Of a stretch of 64,000 nt of DNA, positions 1 to 12,436 are shown one piece after another (within the stretch, counting starts at the first letter, position 1; each line of letters opens with the position of its first letter). The notes beneath the pieces were generated by a model. It was not told the origin of the DNA. It saw only the letters and a program-made list of their open reading frames with translations, and searched no databases. The stretch is from Eledone cirrhosa (Eukaryota). The stretch lies in assembly GCA_964016885.1 (NCBI GenBank), contig OZ024743.1, positions 298,034,001-298,098,000 of the forward strand. The letters are read 5' to 3'. The translations under genes and the position numbers were made by a program.

Positions 1-2180
1 CCTTGAAGAACGAGTACACAGATACTGGCTTGCTTATTCATACAAAGGTAATTATTGTTACTGCCATCATTGCTGGTTATTTGGTGATGAAGAGACCAAA
101 AACTCGCCATGGTCAAAGAGTATGAATGATTGGAAGCACATTTCCAAAAGCATTGAAAAACACTCTCAATCAAAAATTCATCACAGAGCAGTATATGCCT
201 ATAAACAGTTCGCCAAGAATATGTCCATTGGAGTTTCAGTGAAAAAACAAATGGATGCAGAAGTTCAAAAATGGAAATATGTTCTTAAATCATTAGTTCG
301 GACTTTTACGAGAACTTACATGTCTAGGATTGCCACTAAGAGGTCATAGAGAATCCTTGGTTGCTGATAATCCAGGTGTGTACTTATCAATATTAAGGCA
401 CATAAGCACAATCGATCCTATTCTTAAACAACATTTTGAGGACAAGGGACAACTCAAATATCTGAGCAAAACTATCTTTGAGGAACAAGTCCAGATTCTT
501 TCAAAAATGACACTTGACAAAATTGTTGATCTTTGCAAGGAAGCCAAATTTTTCACTGTGATTGCTGATTCTACAACTGATATAAGTCATAAGGACCAAA
601 TGGCGGTGCTATTGAGATTTATAAAAATTGACAGACTTGAAAAGTCAGTGGAAATTGTAGAACACTTTGTTGGATATTATCATGTCCTTGATGCTAGTGC
701 AATTGGTATTACCAGTGTCATTGAAAAGGCATTGTTTGAAGAACTTGGCTTGCAGCGCAAACATCTTAAAGGACAGGCATATGATGGAGCATCTGTGATG
801 AGTGGGGAATTAGGTGGTGTTCAAGCTTTACTAAAAAAGAATATGGCACTGGACGGAAATAATTTTGTTCCATATGTTCACTGTCCTCCCCACCAACTCA
901 ATCTAGTTCTTGAACATGCAGCTCAAAGTGGTACTCCTCCACCTCTTGTTGAAATTAAATGCTTCTTTGATAACATTCAATCTATCTATGCTTTCTTTGT
1001 TAATTCAAATAGACGCTGGAGTCAACTTCTTGATATGGCAAAAGGTCAGGAGAAGAATCTTTTAGAAGCTGTTGAGAAGGTTATTTCTAATTCAATTGAC
1101 GAAGAAGTTGAAGATGAGCATATATGTGGCTCATCAAGATCCGGAACCTTGAAATCACTCTCTCAGACAAGGTGGTCAGCCAGACATAATGCAGTTTCTG
1201 CTCTCCTGGGAAACTTTCACAATGTCAGTGAATGTCTGGCAGATTTGATAGAAGAAAATCATGACTCAAATGAAGTAAAACAGGCAACTGATTTGCAAGG
1301 GAAAATGGACTGGACTTTTTTCCTATCTCTACTTTGGTGGAACAAAGTGTTAGAAAATATGAATTCAGCTAATCGTCTTCTACAAGCTAAGACAATTGAT
1401 TTATTCCTTGTGACTGAGTGCTTTGAACATTCAACAGATAAATTGGAAGAACTCAGATGCGATCACAAATTTGAACAATTTGTGGACCAGGCAAAGAAAG
1501 CCTGGAATGACGTGGGATTTGATGCATCTGAAGCTGATTTTAAAATAACGCGAGTAAGGAGAACAAAGATTATGGATGGTGAAGTTTGTGGTGTTGAAAG
1601 ACTAGCTACTGCTTCAGATAGATATCGCACTGCAATTTATTTTCAATCACTGGATAGTGTGATTGGGGAGATGAGAGCCCGAACTGAAGGAATAAAAAAA
1701 ATATCTTCAATCTTTGGATTTTTGAGTCCAAATCGACTGGCTAAATGCTCAGATGATGAACTAAAAACAAATGTAGCAACATTGGTAGATAACTTTCCAA
1801 ATGAATTCACACTGGAACTCAGAAATGAACTCTTTTCTTTCATTGGCCTCTACTTTTCACAGCCAAACGCAGCTTTAAAACAAAGTGGGGTTATGCCATA
1901 TCTGAAATTTTTACCGAACAATGACTTGTGTGATGTCTTTCCCGAGTTTGAAATTCTGGTAAGGCTATTTCTCACTTTACCAATTAGCATAGCAAGTGCG
2001 GAACGCTCTTTCAGTGTTCTACGAAGAATTAAAAATTATCTTCGTTCAACGATGGGCCAGGAGAGGCTATCCAGTTTTGCCCTGCTGGCAATTGAAAACA
2101 AAATTACTAAATCAGTAAACTTGGACCACGCTATAACTCATTTTTCAACTGTTAAAGCTCGCAGAGGTCTGCGCATGTAA
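1..2180 (+). pseudogene. hAT-superfamily transposase (ZMYM1-like: TTF-type zinc finger, DUF4371, hATC dimerisation); 5' end outside window, one frameshift near 300-345
   Basis: Frame 2 reads WLAYSYKGNYCYCHHCWLF...NDWKH...H...H. ORF 330-2180 has LRGH, DSTTD, GQAYDGA-MSG, YVHCxxHxLNL, TRWS and SAERSFSxLxRIKNYLRSTMGQERL. Confidence 0.9.
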
Positions 2181-2420
2181 AAGCAATTTGTGTAAAAGAC
2201 TAACATATATACAACTTTATTACTTTATTATTTGTTTACAGTACAGCACATCTGTTTGTTTGTTTCAAATAAAGTGTACTTGTAATTTAATTGTCTTCTT
2301 AATGATTATTGGTAGCTAAATGGGAAATTAAAAAAACAACTTTTTCAATACTCGCTCGAAAAGAAGGTACTTTAATTTTCACTCTGGGCCTCCTTACTGA
2401 CCAATGCCGACTGGGCCCTA

Positions 2421-2439
2421 TTCCTTAAATCCGCCACTG
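2421..2439 (+). mobile_element. Right terminal inverted repeat of the hAT element
   Basis: TTCCTTAAATCCGCCACTG is the reverse complement of CAGTGGCGGATTTAAGGAA, a typical hAT terminus. AATAAA at 2268-2273 lies between the stop codon and this terminus. Confidence 0.7.
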
Positions 2440-2689
2440 GGTGACAAGTATTCAAAAAGAAAAACAGGTCAAAATCATTGGCTGTCATCAAGTTGTGGGT
2501 TTTCCATCAGTTTTCCTTCTACACACATATAAAAGTATAGACACAATACTTACATATAGCATATAAATCCCAGATAAACACTGAGAGAATACACACACAC
2601 ATACATGTCAACCCTATACTACAGTAGAAGACATTCACCCAAGTTGACACACAGTGGGATCGAACCTTGAATCGTGTGCTTGAAAAGCA

Positions 2690-3950
2690 AACTTATCGTA
2701 TAAGGATTGTTGATATGGGGGTGAGTGCCATAAATATCCCAATTGTATCAAGGGAGATAATCAGGAAGTCATTCTCTGATCTAAATCTGGCACTACCAAC
2801 TAGGTTTTCTTCACCCTGGTTAGAACATGTCTTATTCATCTCTAAAGGTACCACATTCGACTTCAGGTTAAACTCGGCGGCTAGCTCTCCAGAATCCCCA
2901 GACAGCACTTCATTATTATCTCTGCCGTCCCTTTCATTCACACTCTCCTCTCATCATTGATCACTGGTACTGAATCAGTGCAAATCTCGATAGTGCACAG
3001 ACCCAATCTCAGGACCAGATTCACTGCCTGCAGCATGGCCTCCAGCAAAGCTACATTGATGTGGTTGCAGTTGTCCTTCCTAAGCCTGGCTGCTTCCTCT
3101 ATCTCAACTGCTAGGATCACACAGTACTGTCCTGTTCTCTAATTTTGGTCCTCTATCTTTACTCTGTCCGGGATTTCCCGCATCATAGCCCCCGTCCCCT
3201 CTCTCACCCCCCAGCCCGTCTCTTGACATAGCTACATGCTGTTTGAAGCCATCTTGCAATTGAGTAGTGGCAGACCAGTCTCCCACATATCGAGAACAGT
3301 TCTCATCTGTTTGTGCCAACGTTCAATTCCAAGATCCCATTCCTTCTCTGGAATACCAACAAGCTCGCCTTTTTAAGATCTACTCGAACCCTATCAGATG
3401 GTCTATGACCTCTATTGCTGCCACCAGTTTCATCTGCTAGGATGTTGTCTATGTAGGAATTAGTTGCTCCTTTCATGTTGTCCATCTTTCCCACAATAGA
3501 CTTTAGAACTGTGACCATGATCTTCAGCACTGAGTTTAGCCCAAATCCCAGTTTGGTCAAACAGTATGTCAAGCCCGTATACCTCACAATCTGATACTTC
3601 CATAAGGTTTCCCGCATGGCACAATATATGATTGTTCAACTCCCAAAAGTCCAGACCATGTCTGACCTTATTTTTCGTTGGCTGTACCATTGCTCTTAGT
3701 GCTATAGCCAGTCTTCATCTCCTTTCGGGGCATTAGAAGGCCCACTTTCACTCATCTTTCTACCTCTCACTTGAACACATTCCTGGTGTTTGAGGTAGCA
3801 ACTCACTTTGTTTCTCAACGTCAGAAACTCTCCTTTCCAGTACCACTTACCTTTGAGCACAGCATTGCTTTTTTTCAGGGCCCTCCCTACTCTCCTGCTG
3901 CACACTAATGGTATAGGGTGCCTCCACCCTCATGTTATTTTTTGTCATAC
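2690..3950 (-). pseudogene. Degenerate LTR-retrotransposon (Gypsy-like) pol: RT and RNase H remnants
   Basis: Broken minus-strand ORFs: KVRHGLDFWELN, YCLTKLGFGLN, SYIDNIL (YxDD-like), HINVALLEAM...EICTDS (RNase H). Confidence 0.7.
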
Positions 3951-4383
3951 TTTTGTTTCGAGAATTTTAAATTCTAAAGTAACACACAGATACATGCAGG
4001 TAGATTCAATGGATGAGTTGTTTCAAAGTAAGATTTTTAAAAAGTTTTTTTTTAAAGAATAAAAGTATTCGACAATGCTAGCATTGCACAGTACTGCTAT
4101 GTTTTAATATGAATGTGAAGGAGTACTGTATATACTTATATATAAGCCAAGAAATATGTGACAACAAAATCGACGGTAAAATGTTGTCGACTTATATTTG
4201 ATGTCAATATTTTGCCGATTTTTACCAACTTCAAAATTCTACTTAAATGAGGTAAATATTACACTGGCTTCACTTTGGAGGTATTACACTGGTTTCACTT
4301 TCGACGTGAAATTTGTATTTCCTATTAGATATATATATATACATAAATAACATTTCAAATATAATGTTGTTGATAACCACACA

Positions 4384-4631
4384 TCATCATCATCATCATC
4401 GTTTAACGTCCATCTTCCACGCTTGCATGGGTTTGGACGGGAATTTTCCCACTTGAGGCAAGATTGGTTGTCTTGCTCGTATAGGACTGTCTGGCGGGTT
4501 TTCTACGGTTGGATGCCCTTCCTAACACCAACCACGTTTACAGTGTGGACTGGGAGGTTTTTACCGTGTTACCTACACGGCCACATTACAGCGTGGACTG
4601 TGTGTTTTTTTTTCGTGACACCTACACGACA
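4384..4631 (-). repeat. Isolated 3' UTR and (GAT)n tail of the RTE LINE family
   Basis: Near-identical to the reverse complement of about 54722-54955; starts with (CAT)n on the + strand. Confidence 0.85.
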
Positions 4632-4639
4632 TATAAATG

Positions 4640-6000
4640 CATATAACAAACACAACCAACCATGGCCAGGAACCTGAAGTGTGACAATCGGCTGCACATC
4701 AAAAGGGTCAACAGAACACTTTGAGGCAAGCCAACACACTTGCAACATTACTACGGATGATGGCGAGGCTACAAGGCACTGAAACAACCAGGCATCCTCT
4801 TAGGCATCACCTGACACCTCAGTAAGGCGAGCCACCAGCGATGACAAGAACTTCAGTGTCAGTGGCCCAACTCCACCAAACATCTTGAACACCACATGCC
4901 GGAAAAAATAATCATTAGATAAATCAAGGCATTTCCAAATTTTATTGTTTGGCAATGGAAGTAGTGACCCCCGCATTTACCGTCGCGTCCATGATGTGGG
5001 AGGGAGCAAAAAAGTCACTGATTGTGGCATCCCAGATGAGACACCTACCTCTTACCCAGGGACAAAGGGTAAGGCTGCCTGGTCTCTTCCCATCACTTCT
5101 GGATAATGCAGCTGGCTCAGAACTGAGGGGATATTTATCCAAACCAGGGCCTGTTTTATGATCAGGTTTAGCTCGGTGGCAGGCGAAACGACCAGCATTC
5201 AGGCAGCAGGACAATCCATCTAGGCTTGTGGTTTCGAGGGATCTATCACAGTGACATCTCAGACTCCAACAGACATCGGCTCCCACTTGAAGTGCAATGG
5301 AGATGCAGAGCTCATCCTGACTGAGAAGACCACCAACGTTGGCTACAGGCAGGGCATCAATCCAGTCCCCCGAGAACTTTGCGCTTGCAGAAAGTAAGCA
5401 GCACCTAGAAAATTGATCCGAATGATGACAGACAGAGTTAAAAGTTTCCCTCAAAAACAGATTGTCCTAAACTCTCTGCTTCTGACTATCCTCATCAATA
5501 ATGGGAACTGACAATCGAGGTTAGCCAACTTAGACCGAAAGATGGTATGGAAGGTTTGGTCAGTAATTGGGGCTCCAAGGGAGCACCATGCTAATGAGGG
5601 GGGAACCGTGATGGAGAGGAAGAACTCTGTGAACAGGTCAACAGTCTGCTGATGTAAAGCTGGGTCGTTGAGGAGCCAGAGATCGCATTTGTTCCTCAAT
5701 CATTGTCTTCGCTGTGACAAGGATCTTGTCTGGAGGACCCCCTAAAGAAGCATCATCCAGATACCAAACATTCAGATTCAGCTCAACTGTTATCTTGGTG
5801 TCGTTATCAATGCAAAAAGTGCAGGTCTGAGCAGATCACTCTGTTGTACCCCTGTGGCAGATAGGAGAAAATGGTCGCCGAAGGAGACCTCCCGATAGGA
5901 TTGCTAAGCAAAGTGGTAAAGCTGCGGGGTCCTCTCTTTACTGAACGGAAGATGACATTCCGACTGATGGAATTGAAAGTATTCCTGAGATCTATAGTTT
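4640..6000 (-). pseudogene. Degenerate non-LTR retrotransposon with C-terminal restriction-like endonuclease (CRE/NeSL-type)
   Basis: The minus strand gives DLRNTFNSI, GVQQSD, WYLDDA, SGDWIDALP, a Cys/His knuckle remnant and DGKRPGSLTLCPWVRGRCLIWDAT. Confidence 0.75.
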
Positions 6001-6499
6001 TTGATGTTTCAAATGAATATGGCCTTCAAAAAGTAGGAAATTGGTAAAAAAAAATCATGTAAATGAATTGTGAAACAAAAACTATACTCTAGATCTTTTG
6101 TTCCTCAAAATTACGACCCCCTCCCCCCTATTTTTCCATTTTTCAATATACTACTGATTTTGACATCAATAGATTACTAAAAATTTGATTAACAATATTC
6201 CAAAGATACCATTGCAGGCAGTTGAGTGTATAAATACATTCCTTGAAAGGAAGTATATAAATTTTAAAAAAAGAACATAAATATTCTTTTTTTATAAATA
6301 AGGACCAGTTGAATTTGTTATATTCCCACCAGGTGGTACCAGCTATTTTGAACATTTACACAAGAGCAACTCTGTCTATCCAAAGAGTGCTCTTATCTGG
6401 AGAAAGTGGCAATTATATCATTTCAAAGCTTTCCAATTTCCCCTTTAATGAAATGGACAGAATAAATGTTGATATCTAACTTGATGTCCCCTCCGTTTT

Positions 6500-8090
6500 G
6501 TGAGGTTAGAGACCACGGAGGAGGGTTTTCATGACCACGCGGGAGGGTATATTTATTAGTAAATGGTAAAATATATACAACAAATGAGTAAGTGGATTGT
6601 GGTAGATGGTTTCCCGTTCAGTCAGACTGCAACTACAAATAAAAAAATTGTTAGTTTGCTTCATAACAATCGCATATCCAAGTTTTCGGATAAATCGACT
6701 TACTTTAACGTTGACCTCAGGCTGAATTTTCGTAAGATGTAGCCGGAGATCTCCACGTGTAATTATATTGTAGCAGTTGCGAGCCTTACTGTGCAGTCTG
6801 GAAACAGCGCCAAACCCCCTCTCAACTAAGTATGAGCTTGGAAAAGGCAGAGCAAATCTCTTAGCTTCTGCATGTAGGAAATCGATGCTGAATCCTCTTG
6901 CATCCAAAAAAGGGGTTCACCTATTTTGGAAAATCTAATTTTGATCATGTCATCTGTTTGAAGTTCAATGAATTCTTCCTGAAATTTAATGTTAGCTATG
7001 AAGGGATCTGCTGTCCACATTGGGATGTCCATCTGCAAAAAGACGACAAACTATTCTCTCATGTTGGCTTGTAGCGCATGGAGGTGAGCAGTATAAATTT
7101 GGAGTTGGTCATCGCTCACAATGTTTTGAACATTGGCGACACTAGGGAAATTATAGAATTCCTATCAACAAAGATTCCTTTCGATGACATTCAATTTGGC
7201 CAGGAATGTTTTCACAGCATTCCTTGCTTTAAGCAAGGTGACCTTCTACCCCTACAAAGCCATAATGAGGCTATTGCATTTGTTGAAGATGTTGGTGAGG
7301 TGGGTGCAGTCTTGCCTCACATCGAGGTTTTTTTTGTAGAATTCTGTGTTGCGTCCTCGAAGAAACTCAATGATAGAGTCAAACAGTTCAAAGAAGTTAG
7401 TAAGGCACTTGCCCTTTGAAAGCCACCTCACTTCAGTATGAAGGGGCAACTCGACGAATTCTTCGTCATTATCTTGGCACAGTTGCCGGAAAAATCATTC
7501 ATTGAGGGCATAGCGTTTGATAAAATTGATGACATCAATGGCCACCTGCAAATACTTGCTCAGTGGCTTGCTGAGGTTCTTTGCAGCCAAGTGTTGTCGA
7601 TGAATGACAATGAATAACAAATACAGATGGATTTTCTCGTGGTCCTAGATGTATGTATTACCTGCTTATGTGTTGTATGTAGTCCTAGATGTGTGTGCTA
7701 CCCACTTCTGTGTTTTTTCTTTTCTGTTTTCCTTTTCTTTTTTTATTTGTAATATTATTTATACAATTGGGAATAAAATAGATCTACATAGTGTTAACCT
7801 GTTGCGGTTGAGTCAATAATTTTTGACATGGAATACATTGTTATTGGTGAAGGAGAGACAAGATTCTAACTGGCTGCGCTCAAAGTGTCCTTGACCCAGG
7901 TGACTGTGGGTTTTTGTATTTTTAGGATCTCAATTGCCGGTTAATGTCTAGACCAAAGTTATGCTGTCGGCATACTCATTCAAATGCATTCACACTGGCT
8001 GTCTCAGAGACGTACAAATATGGCCTATAAAACTTACCAAAGTAGATAGCCTTCCAGCGCCCCCCTAACGCCTCCCGTTGAGAACCTTTG
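6500..8090 (-). mobile_element. Degenerate hAT (Charlie/ZBED5/SCAND3-like) transposon
   Basis: HTEVRWLSKG, FPSSYLVERGF and RGDLRLHLT on the minus strand (about 6700-7620). A TIR-like GTTGAGAACCTTTG ends at 8090. The left boundary is uncertain. Confidence 0.7.
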
Positions 8091-8309
8091 CTCTAAATGG
8101 CATTTAAAACATTTTAAATATTAAAATTCAAAAACTTCATAAATATATTTTCCACTCAACAGAATTTCAAAACTGCGTCATCTAGTGTGTTTGATTACCT
8201 GTCTCGACTTATAAATGGGATTTGGATTTTTGCCTATTTCTCAGACATAAAATAGAGGGTAGACTTATATTCGAGTATATAGAATGAATTACTGGATACA
8301 AAATGGAAG

Positions 8310-8345
8310 ATCGTGATTGGTCAAATATAAGTATCACGTGACAAC
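8310..8345 (+). promoter_or_regulatory. Candidate promoter: inverted CCAAT box and E-box/CLEAR-like motif
   Basis: GATTGG at 8315-8320 and TCACGTGAC at 8334-8342, about 100 bp upstream of ATG 8432 in a locally CpG-richer stretch. Confidence 0.4.
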
Positions 8346-8431
8346 GTGTTCTATTTGATTTTTCTCCGAAACTAGATAAACAGAGGGTGCATACATTTAC
8401 ATCAACGTTTGTACTAATCAAATACAAAACT

Positions 8432-8866
8432 ATGAGCGAAAATATATTCGTAGATGTGACAGATATATTCGATGATGTTTTCCATGAGAGTTCTTTTAAC
8501 TCATACGAGTCCTTTGAGGTGTTGTTGCGCCGTTTTATGTCTAAAACTGGGTATATATATCACATTAAGTCATCGCACAGTGCTTCTGGGGTTAATAGAT
8601 ATCGAGACGAGGCGCGATCTCAGGCCCTCCGCTATACTTCTGCGAGGTTTGAATGCACACAATGTGGAAAACCAAAAGTAAACGCAAAACAAAGGAAGAC
8701 ACACTGCAAACCAATAGGATGTGAGTCTTTCTTCACAATATCCACTGCTAAAGGAACACTAAAGGTAATCAAGTACAACTTTATACACAACCATAGACCG
8801 GTTAGCGAATCTTTACGCTTAGCAGCTTGCAAGTCTAAAACGCTGAAGAAATCAGAAATTGTGGCA
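8432..8866 (+). CDS. Candidate exon 1: FAR1/ZSWIM3-N/MULE-type (WRKY-fold) zinc-finger DNA-binding domain
   Basis: MSENIFVD...FNSYESF...RFECTQCGKPK...RKTHCKPIGCESFFTI...KVIKYNFIHNH. GT donor (GCA|GTGAGT) at 8867, phase 0. Confidence 0.65.
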
Positions 8867-9524
8867 GTGAGTATATGTTGTTTTTGTTATTTTGATTGAA
8901 GTTGAGTGATGTACTAACCCTAACAAGTGTTTCATTTCGCCACTTTGTTCTGATTCAAATCGCCTCAAAAGTAATTACTTTCTAACTGTTAAACGATGTA
9001 TAAATATAAACGTAATAAATATGTCAAGAGTTGATTCAATCGACTTACCCCTTGTAAGAATTCGTTTTTATCTTCACATACCTTCTTGTCAAAAGCATGA
9101 ACATAAAAATATCCCGGTTCTAAAAAAAAAAATTGATTCCTTTCATTATTAATTCGCTCACGTCTTCTCTAGTTAAACGAACTGAATCGTTTACAGATAC
9201 ACAAACTCAAGTAAACATCCGATAACGGAAAAATTAATGCGAGAAAATCCGAAACTCATAAATATTGTTTCACTCTGTTTTCGTTTAGCATGTATTTTGT
9301 TTACATGTGTACGCTAATATGGCTGCCTGTATACAACCACTTGCTTCCTGGGTTTGCTCCACAGCATGTCACCAGCGGTAATAATTGTTTCTACTTTTGG
9401 CACAAAGCCAGCAATAACTCAGTGCATTATTGGTACTTTATTTTATCGACCCCGTAAGAATGAAAGCAAAGTTAACCTCGGGGGGATTTGAACTCAGAGC
9501 GGTAATAATGCTGCCAGCGTATTG

Positions 9525-9629
9525 GCTTGCCTCAACCATTTCCTATGACCCTTGTAGTGTGTGATCAATTCACACAAGCTTGCCTCAACCATTTCCCATG
9601 ACCCTTGTAGTGTGTGATCAATTCACACA
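9525..9629 (+). repeat. Two-copy tandem repeat, unit about 53 bp
   Basis: GCTTGCCTCAACCATTTCCYATGACCCTTGTAGTGTGTGATCAATTCACAC occurs twice. Confidence 0.85.
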
Positions 9630-9704
9630 CTTTATGTTGAATTGATGGTTGTTTTCTTTTTTTTTTCTGTTCCCCTTTGATTATACATTTGGCGTTCCTT
9701 ACTA

Positions 9705-10133
9705 TTAGCGGTGTCAAGAATGAAAATACGTTTATTTTCATTTTCGATAGTTTATTTACATTTTGTGTGTGTGCGTGTTTAAATGTTTAAACGAATCGTC
9801 GCGGATAATGAAAGTAAATTTATTTTTATTTCGATTATTTATTTTCATTAAACCCCAAAATTAATTGTTTTTCATGTGTGTGTTGAAAAAAATGACATAT
9901 TTAAACGTTTATTGCATATACAATTTTAAATTACCAACCTTATTTAAATGTTTACTACACCATATAAATAGCTGCAATACAGTTATAATTGTTACATTAT
10001 TATTAAGGATGTCATTTGCATCTAAAATATCATCAGCTAACGTAGTGCGACCATATACTCGACCAGACATTTTTGTTATGAAATAAACAATCGAAAATGA
10101 AAATAAATTTACTTTCATTCTTGACACCGCTAA
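9705..10133. mobile_element. MITE with imperfect TIRs of about 55 bp and TA target duplication
   Basis: TA|TTAGCGGTGTCAAGAATGAAA...TTTCATTCTTGACACCGCTAA|TA. Confidence 0.7.
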
Positions 10134-11542
10134 TATATATTTGTTATAATTATTATAAAATAGGTGTCTCTTTCTTACATTGACTAAAATAGATCTAAGG
10201 GTTTCATTCAGGCAACTAATCTCACATACACATGCGCGGTATATTTTCATTTCATCCTTATGAGGTCGATAAAATAAAGTATCAGTAATACACTGAGTAA
10301 TTTTTGGCCTTGTGCCAAAAGTAGAAACAATTGTTCTTACGTTTATTATTTGTGATTACTACGTTAATTTATTTCAGGTTCAGAATTTTATTTTCGGATT
10401 CAGTATGGACTTTTGTTGACATAAATTACGAAATATTTATCACAAAATTACAATTGTGTTGGCATTGGAAAAAAAATTGGAGTCCGATATAACAGACTAA
10501 AAAATGAAACAGGCACCCGATTTTTCATGAAATTTCGAATGATATTGTTGCTTTTTTGAAATTACCCGTTGTCATGTATTTTCAATATTCTGTGTATGTA
10601 TAATTGGTGTCTACATACATATTTCTAAATAACCGCGCCATGAGCGTAAACAAAACCTGCTATTTGATTGAGATTGCCGTACACGCGTCAAATATCATCC
10701 GGGTTCCTGGCTTACATTTTCACAACGCCATATTATCTTTTAGAGGAAACCTTTTGCAGATATGTAACCCTGTATCACTACAATTTAATATGCCAATCAT
10801 GTCTTTGTTTCCTCATAATGCATATTCTTAAATATTTTGCAAACGTAAATTTTATGTGGTGTAGATTATGATTATGTTGATAAAATTAAGAAAAAATAGA
10901 ATTAATTTAATATTTTAAAATATTTTCATTATTAGTGCCGTCCATTAATATTTTTTTTAATTTACACAATACTTTCTATTTCATGTTAATGAATAATACT
11001 AATCAAAATAAGTCATATATTTTCTACAGGAACGCAATATCATTTCTACAAATATTAATCGTGGTGGAAAATTTTCTATAAAAAAAAAAAAAAAAAAGGT
11101 AAATTTACAGAACACCACTCGACTTCATCTGGGAAAAAAATGTTGGCGCTACAACGCTATTAGCTGTCAGTCCAGTGGAAAACAGGCGAAGGTGACGTCA
11201 CTCGTCAACATCGTTTATTTCCGTATTACTACCACGTGTAAGTGGAGTTTTCACGCGTTTTTTTTTGAGAGAGAGGGAAGACTTAAAAGGGCCAAATTAG
11301 AAAACAAGTCATGGTTATAAAGCATATCGATGTAAGTGGAGTTACTTAAATGAAAATATAGGTGGCCCTTAAAAGGGCCAAATTAGAAAACAAATTTAAG
11401 TTAATTAGAAAACAAGTCATGGTTATCAATGTAGAAAACAAGTCATTCATAAATTTAAGTTTTACAATCAAATTTTTTTCACCAACAAATATGACAGCGT
11501 TGTAGTGCCCGCAATTCTGTATCTACGTATATTGCGCATAGA

Positions 11543-11810
11543 TACGAGGGTTGACAAAGATACTCTCATCGAATGTGACCAAATGAGGTTTATTTTTCAA
11601 CATAGTCTTCCCTTGCGTTCCACACACTTCTTCCATCGGTGTTGCAGTACTGAGATCAATGTTTTCCTCGGTAGTGGCAGTTGTAGGACGTCCAGCCATT
11701 GGGTCATCTTCAAGAATGCCCTATCCTTTCCTAAATTCGGCTGCCCACTTTTGCACATAGGAAAATTGTGGTACAATATTGTAAGGTCTGCTTATAGCAT
11801 TATCCATCTT
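11543..11810 (-). mobile_element. Mariner-derived non-autonomous fragment
   Basis: Begins TACGAGGG (mariner-like terminus), followed by TTTTCAACATAGTC...CACACACTTCTTCCATCGGTGTTGCAG, a typical reversed mariner 3' end. Confidence 0.5.
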
Positions 11811-12436
11811 TCAAAAATGAAGGTCCACATTTCGTCGACTTCAATACATTTTATTGTATTGTAAACATTAACTTTTCTGGAAATTTTATTACTAAATTTC
11901 AATTTAGTTCGATTTTTTTGGAATTTATTTAACAAACATGGAAAAATAAGAAAAAGAATAAAATAAAAAATAATTTGATTGCCTTTTAATAAAGAAGATA
12001 AATAGAGTGGAACTGATTTCCAGGTCATACTAATGAAACAAGGTTTTTTCCATTACTGATATTATCTGTCTGCCGCAAGTCCTGGTAGAAGATGCTACAC
12101 GAACTAAAGTATTTTACTGAAGGACGCAACATGCTGCAGGATCGAAGAAACGAGCCCATGACTTTATAATGGTTAGTCCAGTACCGTAACCCCTAAGGCA
12201 TGTGCCTTCACAGGAAAGGTAAATCATATTATAACAGATTAGATGGGTACTATGTTAGATATTACTGTGTCATATTATACCAAAGAGGAAGAGTGTGCTG
12301 TATAATAAACATTGATATCAGGTTGATTCAATAACTACCCGGTCCCAAATATGAACCCATGAACTTATGGTCGTCAGTCAAACACTTTAACCATTGTATG
12401 GATGTATGTATATATGTAAGTATGTATGCGTGTATG

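Noticed and set aside
11190-11202. Perfect CRE palindrome GTGACGTCAC
   Set aside because: An isolated short motif among repeat fragments with no supporting evidence of function.
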